Assembly: GCA_963754875.1 (NCBI GenBank)
Contig: CAVWHO010000020.1
Coordinates: 320,001-384,000, forward strand
Length of the DNA stretch: 64,000 nucleotides
Reading direction: 5' to 3'
Source of the DNA: Nitrospirota bacterium
GTDB lineage: Bacteria; Nitrospirota; UBA9217
Shown: positions 62,067 to 64,000 of the stretch, piece by piece
Layout: every line of letters starts with the position of its first letter
Position numbering within the stretch: the stretch's first letter is position 1
The notes under the pieces: generated by a model
What the model was told of the DNA's origin: nothing
Databases searched by the model: none
Seen by the model: only the letters and a program-made list of their open reading frames with translations
Made by a program: the position numbers and the translations under genes

Positions 62067-62464
62067 GGAATTCGATGACTCGCTAAGGCAGCTCTAATCA
62101 TACGAGAAGCCGATGCCCTTAAGTCCTGGTGATCATCATACACGTGGGCGGTATATGTGTTACGACCGGAATTCGTCTGCTACGGGCATAACAAAACCTT
62201 CCCTAACCCTTCTTCTCATTCCCTCGGTGTTGTCACCGCCTAAATCGAGCTATATTTTCTATAGATAATTGCTTTTTAAAGCAGCCAAAAGAAGCCGAAA
62301 AATATTTGTCTGATAATTAAATATGTCATATTATCAGCAACTATACAACGCAATTAGTGCTAGAATTGATGAAAGAGCAGTGAATGAGGTGAAAATAACG
62401 ACGGCAATCTGACCCATAACAATCACCAAGCCAAACAGATTTTCAAACTCTGAGGGAGGTAATT

Positions 62465-62995
62465 ATGGACGATCTAAAATTGCCTGAATCCAAGAGCGAA
62501 TTTCTTGACCGTGTAACATCCCTCTCTAAGGAAGGGCATGGTGTACACTATCAGGATTTTGAGCGTGTATTTAGAGAGTCGGCAAAAGAAGATATTCCGG
62601 TCGATGGTTGGCGCAAAATTACCAGTTTCACGTCCGATCAACGTGGTTTTTGGGAAGCCGAGTGGTTATTTTCCCAGGCATATTCTCCAAATATGATGGC
62701 AAAATCAGAAATGAATGGCTGGAAGATCATCTGTGAAGCTTGTTTGGATGAATTAAAAAATAAAATTTCTGAAGCAGCGTATATGATTGAAGAACAGCGC
62801 AATCTAGCAGTGTTGAAGTATTCTCTAAAAAGAGCGGTTGCTTATAATGAGTCAAAACTCTCCCGAAAAATTAGAGCAAATGTGCGATCGTCACTCCTTA
62901 TTAAATTAGATGAAATCGGATTGCGCCGTGTTGCTGCACGCCTTTATGCACGAACTTTATATCCCAAGGGAACTGTAGGTCGTGCAAGCAATTAA
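62465..62995 (+). CDS. Hypothetical protein (AT-rich)
   Basis: 176-aa ORF with GGGAGG RBS. No recognised motif. Confidence 0.6.
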   Translation: MDDLKLPESKSEFLDRVTSLSKEGHGVHYQDFERVFRESAKEDIPVDGWRKITSFTSDQRGFWEAEWLFSQAYSPNMMAKSEMNGWKIICEACLDELKNKISEAAYMIEEQRNLAVLKYSLKRAVAYNESKLSRKIRANVRSSLLIKLDEIGLRRVAARLYARTLYPKGTVGRASN

Positions 62996-63319
62996 CTTAA
63001 ACTAGTTCAACCAGTCCTTAAGCACATACTGGGAATTTGGCCCAGACCTCATTCTCCTTGCTGTGAAAGTTATACTGCACGTTTCAATCTAATAATCTCA
63101 AGGATCGAGAAGTGACCCCTAATGGTTGTGTTTCCAATCTCCCTCTCATCTACGCATTTATGGGCATTGACATAGCTTATCAATAATCATATAGTTCCAG
63201 TGGATAATTTCACAGCAACGGGCGGGCATTTTATTTGCTAAATCCGCTAACATCGTATCTCGGATATTAGTTTTGAACACTCTGTTTTATCCGTTCGAGG
63301 GGGACAGGAGGGTGATTCT

Positions 63320-64000
63320 ATGCACAAGAGCGATGGCAGTGAAATGGATCCCGTCCGGGAATCCGGGCCTGAAAACCTTCCCGCACGTCGAAGGACGGTG
63401 CGATCGATCGTCGGTAGGATTCTTCTCCATTGCGGGTTTCTCCTGATCGCCGTCGTTGCCCTCGGGGCGTATGAGCATTTCAAGCTTCATGGGGAATCAA
63501 CGCAATCGCTGGTGAGCCTGCTGCTTGCGGCTGGCTTCGGGTTTGCACCGGTACGCGCCCTGGTGCGCGAGCTGTTCGTGATCGAAGGCAAGCTGCTGCA
63601 CCTGGTGCACGGTGTCGGCGGGCTGGCGTTGGGCGGGTTGGTGCTGGGGGGTGTGGTTTCAGGTGGGCCGCTGCTGGCGCACGCGGCGCTTGCGCCGTTC
63701 GCGATTATGGGCGCGGCGCAGGCGGTGATGCATCAGGATCACCCGCGCAGCCCGCAGCAGGCCGAGGCGCTGAGGCGTTTCGTGACGAGCCTGCCGGAGG
63801 TCGAGCAGTTCACGAAACCGGGAAATCTTACATCTCCTGAAAACGTGCGCCGGGCAGTCGCGGTTCTTACCGATCTGGTGACGAAGGCGCAGGTGCTCGG
63901 TGAGACCGAGCTGCGATCCGATCCCGGTTTTCAAGGCGCGCTCAGGCGGGTCACGACACGCTTCGGGCTTTCGCTCGGGCTAGACGCGGTTGACCGGGCG
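63320..64000 (+). CDS. Hypothetical multi-TM membrane protein (runs off window end)
   Basis: AGGAGG RBS, ATG 63320, frame open for 227 codons (MHKSDGSE...ILLHCGFLLIAVVALGAYEHF...) with GC3-rich codons. Absent from the ORF track because it has no stop in the window. Confidence 0.75.
   Translation, partial: MHKSDGSEMDPVRESGPENLPARRRTVRSIVGRILLHCGFLLIAVVALGAYEHFKLHGESTQSLVSLLLAAGFGFAPVRALVRELFVIEGKLLHLVHGVGGLALGGLVLGGVVSGGPLLAHAALAPFAIMGAAQAVMHQDHPRSPQQAEALRRFVTSLPEVEQFTKPGNLTSPENVRRAVAVLTDLVTKAQVLGETELRSDPGFQGALRRVTTRFGLSLGLDAVDRA

Noticed and set aside
62405..62416. TCTGACCCA as another copy of the HUH-element repeat
   Set aside because: Only the CTGACCC core matches; the AGA and TCAA positions are absent.

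Overview
Bacterial chromosomal window of moderately high GC with AT-rich patches. The gene content suggests an anaerobe such as a Nitrospirota or Desulfobacterota member; this is inference only. Left to right it holds: (i) the end of treY and a glucosylglycerate compatible-solute operon (1-5948); (ii) a probable sigma54-driven copper/metal operon with unusual members: SHOCT, short-T-loop P-II, degenerate HEPN, HMA, a YHS-TrxB fusion lacking CxxC, SRPBCC, a 37-aa CPMHP microprotein and CopA (6286-11910); (iii) a Rieske/cytochrome b operon flanked by two pentaheme cytochromes c (12380-16000); (iv) a stress/glycogen-to-acetate island with HAD, USP, pgm, glgP, gnd, zwf, ackA, xfp, CLC and USP (16238-31858); (v) a TolC-MFP-RND efflux operon with an OmpR-type two-component system (32208-39860); (vi) a mosaic signalling region with an orphan ABC permease, a candidate ncRNA, galE, three PilZ proteins and two PAS kinases (39955-53639); (vii) a mobile/defence hot spot (54119-63120). 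The most striking signal is in (vii). A RAYT-like HUH (Y1) transposase is flanked by 20-bp inverted repeats (GGGTCAGGTCTTTT type). An IS110/IS1111-type element has inserted exactly into a third copy of that repeat. Its non-coding end carries readable bridge-RNA-like guide segments matching the repeat, the donor junction and the post-exchange junctions, which suggests an RNA-guided IS programmed to target the HUH element's ends. Further degenerate copies of the repeat sit at module boundaries, and the interrupted copy abuts a truncated hsdM start. Three genes carry single-base insertions that may be sequencing errors. No CRISPR array, tRNA or rRNA was recognised.
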